A model generated the notes under the pieces. The model did no database searches, was not told where the DNA came from, and worked only from the letters and a program-made list of their open reading frames with translations. DNA of 64,000 bases. Source: Candidatus Mediterraneibacter merdigallinarum. Lineage in GTDB: Bacteria; Bacillota; Clostridia; Lachnospirales; Lachnospiraceae. The stretch is taken from positions 6,529 through 70,528 of the forward strand of contig DWZZ01000027.1 of NCBI GenBank assembly GCA_019117305.1, in the 5' to 3' direction. Each line of letters begins with the position of its first letter. Position 1 is the stretch's first letter. This document shows positions 30,601 to 38,109 of this stretch, in pieces. A program made the position numbers and the translations under genes.

Positions 30601-33331
30601 TGATCGTCATAGTATTACCGTCAATCACTGCTGTCGCAAAAGTTTCATCCGGTCCCTGAGTCATTGTTCCGTCTACTGTGACTGATATACTCTGTCCCAC
30701 TGCTACAGAAAGCTCTTCCGTAAACGGTTTTCTCTGCAATGCGGCAATTGCTTCTGCAATTCTCTGTGCTGCCTGGTCAATAGTATTCTGTGCTGCCTGC
30801 GCTTCACTCTCAGAAGAATACTCAGAAGAAGATAAGCTCTCTGCAGCTTCTACCGCATCCTGTAAGACGTTCCAGGAATCTGTTGTATAGTTATCTGCTG
30901 TCAAATCATTTGCAGCATTGATCTGTTCCTGCAGCTTGCTGAGGTCGGTAGACCAGGAGGGATCTTCGGTGGTTTTACGGTAGAGGGAGACTGTGGATGC
31001 AGTATTGGATGGTTCAAACCCTTCTCCCATTCCCATAAAACCACTATTATAATGTAAATATCTATTAGATCCATAAATAGTATATCTTCCATTACTACCG
31101 TCCAACAAACAGATTTGTTCCGTTGTATCCAGTGTTTTTGATTCTACACTCCATCCGCTTCTTTCATAATGTAAATAAATATATGCATTTGTATTTCTGA
31201 TAGTAAACCGATCACCTGAACCCTCGAATGTCCAGAGAAGATGGTCATCATTGCTTTCGTTTACATTTGTGACTTCATTTCCGCTGACTGTTACATCTCG
31301 GTCGCCTGTAGAAGTCTCTCCGTCCGTATTCTCCAGAGCATGCCCGTCATAAACGATCAGGTATTGTCCTCCATTATCAATTCCATCCGTATCAAGCACA
31401 TAGCTCGTTCCGCCGGGATTCTGGGTGATCGATCCGGTATATGCTTCATCCACACCACTCACAGTTACCGTCAGTTCATATTGGCTTCCGTCTTCCACGC
31501 TGCGGCTGTTTGTCTGCACAGTCGCTGTGATTGTCGCTGTTCCTGCACCAACCGGTGTAACAGTAACACTGCTGCCGTCAGCTTTTGCCGTCGCTACAGT
31601 CTCACTGCTTGTCGTGACTGTAAGATACTGGCTATCAGATAAGCCGCGGAATTCCACAGTCTTTTCTCTGTCTGTAGCAGCAAAATTCAGGCTGTTGATA
31701 AGCGTTCCGTCCTCCGATACAAATCCCGGATCCGGATCGCCGATCTGCGCGTCTTTTGCCAGATTCTCAATCTGGAAATTCGTATACTGGATACTTGCGC
31801 TGCCGTTTTCATACAGGAGTCCCACAGAACCATCACTCAGCTCCGTCAGGCAGGAATACTGGAATGTTCCATTCGTAACAGCGGTTGCAGAAAAACTGTT
31901 GAAGTCCATGGTTCCATCATCATTCACAAGTCCCACAAAAATTTTCCCTGCACTTCTGCTTCCCCAGCTACTATCAGTCGGGCAGGAAAGAAGAATCGCT
32001 TCCTTGCCATTGATTGTCTGGGAATATTTTAATGCTGAAATCTGGCAATTGGAGTTATTGCTGACTTCCGTCTGCATAATGCTTCCCCAGATATATCCCT
32101 CATCAGCATTTCCTGTGGCATCCACATAGCAGATCTGGTTACTGCCGTTTCGGAAAAACATACGGATTGTACCATCATTCAGCTCTACCAGCTGGTTCTC
32201 ACTGGACCAGGTGCCTCCTGTAGCATTTTCTGTTCTTTCCCATGTCTCGCCGCCGTCTGTGGAATAGATAAAGCTGCTCCTCTGGGAGCTATCAGTTCCA
32301 TTCCATTCGTAAGCAGAAAATAGAATCGTACCATCACTGGTCACAATACCGGTTCCCGGTCCCACACCGTAAAACTGCTCATCGTCTGCCTTCACATTGA
32401 TCAGAGTCGGAGCTGACCATGTCGCACCCTTATCTGTGGATTTTGTCAGATACAGATAGGAAGTCTTCACTACCTGATAAGGAGAATCTGAAAAGAACAG
32501 ATTGCTGACTTCTACATCTCCCTGGTACAGGTTGAAATACTCATCCACCGTGTAGTCTTCTACAGCATTTCCATCAGCGCCAAAGATCTGTGCACGGCCA
32601 TTCTCAAATTCGCCCAGATAATAGCTGTAATCGCTGCTGCCGGACTGGGCCAGTTTCAGCTGTCCCTGCTCATCAAATGCCGCTGCCGCCTCAGGCTTCT
32701 GATTGGATGAGTTCAGCGCCACACCGCCCGGGAACAGATCTGCCAGCATATAGATTGTACTGCCGTCTGTAGCCAAAGCCGGGTCAATAAATGTTGCAGA
32801 TTCTTTTACATAGGCATTTCCATTATCTCCCAGATAATTGGCAAATGTATAGTTCCAGTTTGCTCCATTATCAGATGAACGGGAAACTATCGTATCCAGT
32901 CCGCCCGCATCTGCTGAAGTATTCCATCTTGCATCCGCTGCCGCAATGATAGTGCCGTCATCCAGCGTTACTATTGCGGGGATGCGGAAGTTCTGGCTTC
33001 CTCCTGTCCCTGCTGCAAAGGGCTGTCCGCTTGTTGTTCCGTCAGCCGGCTTGTCTGACACATTACTGCGGACCGCCGGCTCAGACTCATCGCTTTGAAC
33101 AGCCGCGCCATCGTCCTCCGAAGTAGCAGCTTCTTCTGTATCCTGTCCCTCACTGCTGTCAGGAACATCAGCCGTGTTGTCTTCTGTGCCCGTCTCAGTC
33201 TCTGTCTGGATATCCTGAGTCTGGATGTCACTCTCAGAGTCTGTTCCCACAGCAAATGTCTGCATGCCCATACTCAGAACCATCGTCAGAGTCAGCAGCA
33301 GCGCGAGAAAACGCTTTTTCGTCTTCTTCAT
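27689..33331 (-). CDS. Large secreted multidomain GH33 exo-alpha-sialidase (Ig-like/Big, FIVAR and unknown domains), 1880 aa
   Basis: Signal peptide; NFRIPAI; Asp boxes SSDNGANW, STDKGATW, STDGGETW; SENQLVE; QYSCL; FIVAR YTTDSWNVLQDAV; Big_2-like VTWKSENASIATV. Confidence 0.88.
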   Translation of the reverse strand: MKKTKKRFLALLLTLTMVLSMGMQTFAVGTDSESDIQTQDIQTETETGTEDNTADVPDSSEGQDTEEAATSEDDGAAVQSDESEPAVRSNVSDKPADGTTSGQPFAAGTGGSQNFRIPAIVTLDDGTIIAAADARWNTSADAGGLDTIVSRSSDNGANWNYTFANYLGDNGNAYVKESATFIDPALATDGSTIYMLADLFPGGVALNSSNQKPEAAAAFDEQGQLKLAQSGSSDYSYYLGEFENGRAQIFGADGNAVEDYTVDEYFNLYQGDVEVSNLFFSDSPYQVVKTSYLYLTKSTDKGATWSAPTLINVKADDEQFYGVGPGTGIVTSDGTILFSAYEWNGTDSSQRSSFIYSTDGGETWERTENATGGTWSSENQLVELNDGTIRMFFRNGSNQICYVDATGNADEGYIWGSIMQTEVSNNSNCQISALKYSQTINGKEAILLSCPTDSSWGSRSAGKIFVGLVNDDGTMDFNSFSATAVTNGTFQYSCLTELSDGSVGLLYENGSASIQYTNFQIENLAKDAQIGDPDPGFVSEDGTLINSLNFAATDREKTVEFRGLSDSQYLTVTTSSETVATAKADGSSVTVTPVGAGTATITATVQTNSRSVEDGSQYELTVTVSGVDEAYTGSITQNPGGTSYVLDTDGIDNGGQYLIVYDGHALENTDGETSTGDRDVTVSGNEVTNVNESNDDHLLWTFEGSGDRFTIRNTNAYIYLHYERSGWSVESKTLDTTEQICLLDGSNGRYTIYGSNRYLHYNSGFMGMGEGFEPSNTASTVSLYRKTTEDPSWSTDLSKLQEQINAANDLTADNYTTDSWNVLQDAVEAAESLSSSEYSSESEAQAAQNTIDQAAQRIAEAIAALQRKPFTEELSVAVGQSISVTVDGTMTQGPDETFATAVIDGNTMTITGVAAGTTTVVVGAGTYNITVTEIPDGDFSNIGDLSFVSNTGDTTYSRGKTVSHLILTPGISYDLNLNGADGYNVTWKSENASIATVGQNGTVTGVTPGETVVIAEITDEEGNIVGRHSATVTVLDIEPIYENSRPSDNGERIVEIYVNEIQDSRLYYVQNDEGEYKEVFADTAIYISTEAAWAMTFFGAPVDENYALTYMSAANNLDQTNWYAIQDYSNMRQTTFFQNKGSLNNEDTHLYTDNEIIAMLQGAKELGADGGFWFTRGTDATNSCQAIINVISERLPSLEKSIKSVIHSGETVDYTEGMQIYPGDTLVYDITVHRYETEYGIVYSNAQLRELLSGAEFSDGTTSKNITSDLGTSGDPAPARDFLYEAEYTVRDSDLDSMITNTVSLSYGYRAAYSTGELTAEAEAVAEVSVLTFDPDDYIIDFGSPITVDFTGKTSYNFVSGSANFGTVQTNGMEVTYTPNAVLTEADTVRITNERGAVYTFTVYPASSVYYEEGFASYDGSWSPGSAVTENQTVSVADDETVDLYGYDDLYASANGNSNNTAAVSSTKNGTATFTFNGTGLDIYALTTQSSGSMSLWLYEGEGTDGTLLKLGYVDTANNWLEENNGNYYNTPVFSYKDLTAGTYTVKIIVNSGEISLDGFRVYHTQGDAYESVYAADQEDQALTAEVRDITIAGSTYDLADIDDWYKYGENIISAVYDASNNGSGAVILGAGNEVTADADMINNGPKNEIYLKSGQTIAMRLTASAYDKVAVGMRSLNSGTVSYQINDQPESTLSSTVDMYYEVEPNDGMIVIENRGENVLALTKIKVTNPVYEAGGASLFTIDADTMAFALQCIADETETVETADAALTVNVVDANGNAVAETVLTANGTVGETHTFAAADIQTVAEGILPEGYELTDAEYSDVEVAYGESESVEFSASEAEAEEPEGSNDEGFFTKLGNAIKSVVNTVTDFFKSLFSW

Positions 33332-33391
33332 CTCTGTTTGTTCCTCCTTACTTGAAATAGTTTTATATAAAAGGTAGTATTATCTACACTT

Positions 33392-34513
33392 TTACAGGTT
33401 CAACCGGAAAGACGCCTCCTTCCGAAGTGCATTCACTATCCGGCATAAATATCCGGGAGTCTTTTCAAATTCTCCCGTTTCCGCAAACGCCATTGCGGCG
33501 CATGCATGACAGATCTTCTGGCTTTCACACCGGGAGCATGTTCCCGACAGTCTGATCTGTCCCGTCAATTCGGTTAATTCTTTCCATGCTTCACTGAAAT
33601 TTCTTTTCCGCACCGATACGCCCGGCCGCTCCATCATCCCGCAGGGACGCATCTCACCGTGCCAGGTCACCCAGAATGTTGCCCTTCCTGCCCGGCATCT
33701 GACAGTCCCGTCGGGAACTGCCTCCTGACATTCCTCCAGACTCACAGGCATACTGCCCTGCAGTATCTGACGGGCAAATGGTTTCACCGCATCCTCTCCA
33801 TACTGGAGCCTGCGGATCTCAAACATATAATGCGCGGTCTCTTCCGGTGTAAAGCGGTTATTTTTCCCGATATTTTCCTCACCCCGGCGTATAGCCGGAA
33901 ACATATAGGATGCGATTTCCAGAATCAGTCCCCGCTCATCTGCAAACCGGATCATTTCTTCCAGATCGCATACATTATATGGAGTCAGACTGCAGTTCAG
34001 CTTTACGGAAATTCCCGCTTTCTGCAGGCCTTCAATCGCATGTTTCACCCGCTCATAACTGTCTGCCCTTCCGCACAGTTTTTCATAAGTATCCCCTGAA
34101 GCCCCGTACAGAGTAATATTTATCCTGCATGGAGGCCTGTCCTTCAGCCAGCGGATCACATCATCATCGATCAATGTCCCGTTGGTGTTGATCGAGAGTA
34201 TAAATCCCATGCCTGCCAGTTTCTCATACAGCTCACGGAATCCCGGATGGAGAAACGGCTCGCCGCCTGTCAGCAGCAGATAGAGCATTCCCTGCCCCTT
34301 CGCTTCTTCTGCAAGCTTCAGCCACTCGTCATTGCTCATCATAATAAGCCCGGATTCCCTGACCTGCTGTGCCGTCATATGCACGTAACACATCCGGCAG
34401 TTAAAATTGCAAAGAGGCGACAATTCAAAAGTCCCGTTGATCGGTGTGTGCTCTCTGGCCGCTTTTGCAAATAAATATGAAGTTACCTGAGGTTCTACGT
34501 AAGTCCCTTTCAT
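33392..34513 (-). CDS. Radical SAM protein with SPASM-like C-terminus, copy 3
   Basis: CNFNCRMC, LTGGEP; CRAGRATFWVTWHGEMRPC...CSRCESQKICHAC...YLC. Start MKGTY (34513) is coupled to the kinase stop. Confidence 0.92.
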   Translation of the reverse strand: MKGTYVEPQVTSYLFAKAAREHTPINGTFELSPLCNFNCRMCYVHMTAQQVRESGLIMMSNDEWLKLAEEAKGQGMLYLLLTGGEPFLHPGFRELYEKLAGMGFILSINTNGTLIDDDVIRWLKDRPPCRINITLYGASGDTYEKLCGRADSYERVKHAIEGLQKAGISVKLNCSLTPYNVCDLEEMIRFADERGLILEIASYMFPAIRRGEENIGKNNRFTPEETAHYMFEIRRLQYGEDAVKPFARQILQGSMPVSLEECQEAVPDGTVRCRAGRATFWVTWHGEMRPCGMMERPGVSVRKRNFSEAWKELTELTGQIRLSGTCSRCESQKICHACAAMAFAETGEFEKTPGYLCRIVNALRKEASFRLNL

Positions 34514-35379
34514 CTGTCCATTCCCAGCTCTTTCCTGACATTTTCTACGGCACGGATATCCGGCGGACATATCATCTCATATATCGGAATTGCCGAAATC
34601 ATATCCTTAATCACGGACGACACGGTATTTACCGCATAGGCATTCCACTGATGGACGGTCACATTTCTGTATACTTCACGAAACGCTTTTGTCCCTGCCA
34701 TTCTCTGTATACTTATCTCATCTTCTCCGCCGCGTTTTACAGACATCACAGCCCGGATCGGGACATTTTTATTTACATAATATCCGGATGAGCCGGCATA
34801 GGGCGATCCATACGCTTTCCAGATACCGCAGGAATCTCTGTTTACAAAAGCTCTGTCACCGTTTATAATCTCTGCCCCGGCGTATTGCCGCCAGAGATCG
34901 GCTCGTGTAGATTTTCCCGCGCCTGACGGTCCCATAAACAGAATTCCTTCGCCCGATACATCAATCAGGGCCGCGTGCAGAATCACGGTTTCCAGTCCGG
35001 CATATATATTATCTATGCCAATCCATCCAAACAGCTGTTCCATCTTCTGAAACTGCCGCAGGCCACGTTCCAGATAACAGATCGTCTCCCGGCAGCCTTC
35101 ATAGTCCAGATATGCTTTTGCGAACATCTCGCCGCACAGTCCCTCATGGAATACCTGAACAATCCCATCTGACTCTTCATGCGCCGAGATCCTGCTGTCA
35201 TAGTCATTCGAAATATTCGGCGTCTGTGGATGTGACAGATGATCTGTCTTTTCAAAACATATTGTAAAATCAGGTTTATTCCCTTCTGTTTTGAACTGCT
35301 CGATCTTATCCGATATTTCAGGCTCAAAATCTGCAGATATTTCCAGGATCCGTCCTGCTATGTAATACTGTCTTTTCAT
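34510..35379 (-). CDS. HPr-kinase-like P-loop kinase, copy 2
   Basis: ILHAALI, GPSGAGKST, INGDRA, YGSPYAGSS. Confidence 0.75.
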   Translation of the reverse strand: MKRQYYIAGRILEISADFEPEISDKIEQFKTEGNKPDFTICFEKTDHLSHPQTPNISNDYDSRISAHEESDGIVQVFHEGLCGEMFAKAYLDYEGCRETICYLERGLRQFQKMEQLFGWIGIDNIYAGLETVILHAALIDVSGEGILFMGPSGAGKSTRADLWRQYAGAEIINGDRAFVNRDSCGIWKAYGSPYAGSSGYYVNKNVPIRAVMSVKRGGEDEISIQRMAGTKAFREVYRNVTVHQWNAYAVNTVSSVIKDMISAIPIYEMICPPDIRAVENVRKELGMDR

Positions 35380-35385
35380 GATTTA

Positions 35386-35643
35386 TCAGGATATGAAGAC
35401 AAATGTATTTGACCCGCCCTCGGTGTAACAGTACATATCTTCGCCGTCAACGCTACAAGCACCTGCCAGATCGGTATAGAATAAATCCGGCGGCGCTATC
35501 GATGAAGAACCTGGTTTAGGATCTGCATCACATCCGTTACGTATAGCCTGATTACTCACCATAAGGTTCTGGCAGGCGGCAATATGCTGGCTCAGTTCAA
35601 AGTTCTCAATGACTGCCAGCGGTTTTTGGTATACCTTTTTCAT
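35386..35643 (-). CDS. Putative RiPP precursor C (85 aa)
   Basis: MKKVYQKPLAVIENFELSQHIAAC leader; 4 Cys; ends in Ser (VFIS); AGGAGG RBS. Confidence 0.75.
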   Translation of the reverse strand: MKKVYQKPLAVIENFELSQHIAACQNLMVSNQAIRNGCDADPKPGSSSIAPPDLFYTDLAGACSVDGEDMYCYTEGGSNTFVFIS

Positions 35644-35659
35644 CTTTGCCCTCCTTGTC

Positions 35660-36361
35660 TTAATCTATTTCAACACCGACCGCCTCCGGAGTTCCGAGCA
35701 GACATTTACTGTCTTCATACTCAAAACTCTCTCCGCCAGCCAGTCCTGAAACCGGAATTTCATAGGATAATCCTCCGATATAGGAATCCCCTGTCGTACA
35801 GCGGTAAATGACCACTGCATTGTCAATCTGCTGTTCCGTAATATTTGTAATGATAAGTTTGGATCCGTCTGCAGTGATCTGTACAGCATCCTCCCTCATC
35901 GAAATGTCGCTCATCTGTGTCGTACATTCAATTTCCCGGCAGACTGCCTGTCCGTCATAACTCTGACCGGCAAGTTCAAACGCTACCGTCTCACTTCCTG
36001 TCGGAAGATCTCTCACCAGAAAACTGTATTCCGTCTCATCGTCTATCCTTACTTTTACTTCTGCTTCATCTAAATACTGATCAGATATGTTTCTGACCTG
36101 AAGCCCTGCTATATCCTCGCCATCCGCATTTTCGGCATCCACATTCGGTCCTGTAAACTGGATAAGGGCCGTGATCTGTAAATTGCCGTCTTCTGAAGTG
36201 TACGGGAAATCAATTCCACTGTCTGTCGCCTCCCCACCTTCAGTTTTATTCTGTAAATAGCGGTTATATATAACAGCCGCTGCAAATACTGCGATAACTG
36301 CTATAAGAATTAGAATAAAAATCTGCTTTTTTCTTTTATCTTTTTTCTTTCTCATTATCAT
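35660..36361 (-). CDS. Membrane-anchored hypothetical protein
   Basis: Basic N-terminus, single TM, acidic beta-rich extracellular region. Confidence 0.7.
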   Translation of the reverse strand: MIMRKKKDKRKKQIFILILIAVIAVFAAAVIYNRYLQNKTEGGEATDSGIDFPYTSEDGNLQITALIQFTGPNVDAENADGEDIAGLQVRNISDQYLDEAEVKVRIDDETEYSFLVRDLPTGSETVAFELAGQSYDGQAVCREIECTTQMSDISMREDAVQITADGSKLIITNITEQQIDNAVVIYRCTTGDSYIGGLSYEIPVSGLAGGESFEYEDSKCLLGTPEAVGVEID

Positions 36362-36457
36362 GGTATTCCCTTTTTTAAAATGAATATAATCAGTCAGATA
36401 AAGTGTCCTTTATCTGACCCGGTTTACAATTTATGGCATACTTTTGAAATCTTACTT

Positions 36458-36502
36458 ATTATACCTACTGTTCCTTTTCATCGCCTCATACAAAAGTATT
36501 AC
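36458..36502 (-). promoter_or_regulatory. Activator-dependent promoter: TATAAT plus CTCATAC-N4-GTATTAC box
   Basis: -10 at 36458-36463; box at 36485-36502; flanks closely match the 26029-26080 region. Confidence 0.6.
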
Positions 36503-36651
36503 ATTTTATCCATTTTTTCGTCAGCGTTTCATAAACAGCACAGAAACCAAATATAAGAGCATGTATTTTCTCTTACTTCTCTGCGCACAAAAAAAGAACG
36601 GCCATCTCTCATCCGGATGATCCGTCCCTTTAATCTTCTATATACAATTAT

Positions 36652-36927
36652 TTACACTTCTTCTTTTTCCAGCACTCCGCCCTTTTCCAGTGTATCCAGA
36701 AATTCCCGGATATCCTCTTTTGCCGTTTCCTCATCCACATCATAAATCTCAAGAATTCCCTTCGTCAGATCTTCAAATGTTACATCTGACTGCAGCATCT
36801 TCCACAATTCTGATCCCACTTCATTTACCGTTATCAGCCCGTTAAATGTCAATGCCGTCTTCCCGGTCGGAATTATTACATAATCTCCCGCGATCTCCCG
36901 CAGGACAAACTCTTTCTGTATTTTCAT
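36652..36927 (-). CDS. PqqD-family RiPP recognition element, copy 2
   Basis: MKIQKEFVLREIAGDYVIIPTG...NEVGSELWKML...YDVDEETAKEDIREFLDTL. Confidence 0.9.
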   Translation of the reverse strand: MKIQKEFVLREIAGDYVIIPTGKTALTFNGLITVNEVGSELWKMLQSDVTFEDLTKGILEIYDVDEETAKEDIREFLDTLEKGGVLEKEEV

Positions 36928-37080
36928 TATTTTTTCCTTATTCAAACCAAAAATATACATGTATATTATACGCTGACATGAATAAGTATGCAATAACTAA
37001 TCATTACAGTCAAGCGGCAAATAATTACATTTTCCGGCCTCCCGCCTTTCTGCTTTTGTGGATTTATCCGGCGCTTTACG

Positions 37081-37953
37081 TTATTTTACCGTCACTACAG
37101 CAATCTCCGGCGGATTATTAAATCTGGGCAGTTTCTGCCTGTCGCTTCCCAGCCCGCTGGTAATAAACATCTGCATATTTCCTACTTTATATATTCCATG
37201 TACGTATTCCGGAAACCAGCCCTGATCGCCGCCGTAGAGTCCTCCTTTAAACGGAATAACCACCTGACCTCCGTGGTTATGTCCGCTGATCACCAGATCC
37301 ACATTCCATACTTCGCTTGCATCGCCGAATATGAAGCTGTCCGGTCTGTGGGAAAGCATAATCTTCAGCCGGTCTGTGTCCTGAAAATCTGTCAGGAAAT
37401 CTTTAGTATCCTCCGGCGCCGCATCCGCATCATTATTTCCATTCAATCCGAAAGCATAGTCATAGAGACCGCCCAGGCGGACCGGTGTGCCATTTACTTC
37501 AATATCTCTGTACTCTTTATCCAGAACTACTGCGCCCGCTTCTTCTAGCTCTTCCGTCAGGTCGGCATGTCCGTTTTCCATATAAGAGATCTCATGATTG
37601 CCCAGCGCATAGTACACCGGTACTGTATCTGTCAGCTGCCGGATCAGCTCCAGCGGTACGGACGCATCCTCTGACTCTGCATTCAGCATATCTCCATCCA
37701 TCAGGATAAGATCCGGATCTGCCTGGCGGATCTTTTCTGCAAGTTTCTCATTTTCTTTTCCGAATTCATGGTCATGCAGATCTGATATAACCACCGCACG
37801 GAAGGGAGTCCCGTTCTTGCCTGTATCAATGGAATATTCTCTTGTCACAATAAAATTGACAGATATCCAGAGACTGATGAGGATATATGCCGCAAAAATA
37901 ATTATTATACTGAGGATTATAATTAAAACCGTTTTCTTCTTTCTCCTTTTCAT
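37081..37953 (-). CDS. Membrane-anchored metallophosphoesterase (calcineurin-like)
   Basis: SDLH, DGDM, LGNHE, LSHRP, SGHNHGGQ. Confidence 0.9.
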   Translation of the reverse strand: MKRRKKKTVLIIILSIIIIFAAYILISLWISVNFIVTREYSIDTGKNGTPFRAVVISDLHDHEFGKENEKLAEKIRQADPDLILMDGDMLNAESEDASVPLELIRQLTDTVPVYYALGNHEISYMENGHADLTEELEEAGAVVLDKEYRDIEVNGTPVRLGGLYDYAFGLNGNNDADAAPEDTKDFLTDFQDTDRLKIMLSHRPDSFIFGDASEVWNVDLVISGHNHGGQVVIPFKGGLYGGDQGWFPEYVHGIYKVGNMQMFITSGLGSDRQKLPRFNNPPEIAVVTVK

Positions 37954-38109
37954 TCGAAATATACTCCTTCTACAAGATGAATATATCCTATATGTCCAGT
38001 ATTATACCACTTTTTCCCATAAATAAGTGAAAAAACGGAGGCACTGTCAACAGCGCCCCCTGACTTTCTTGCGATTTACGCTTCTATGCATTTGTCTGAA
38101 TCCCATATC

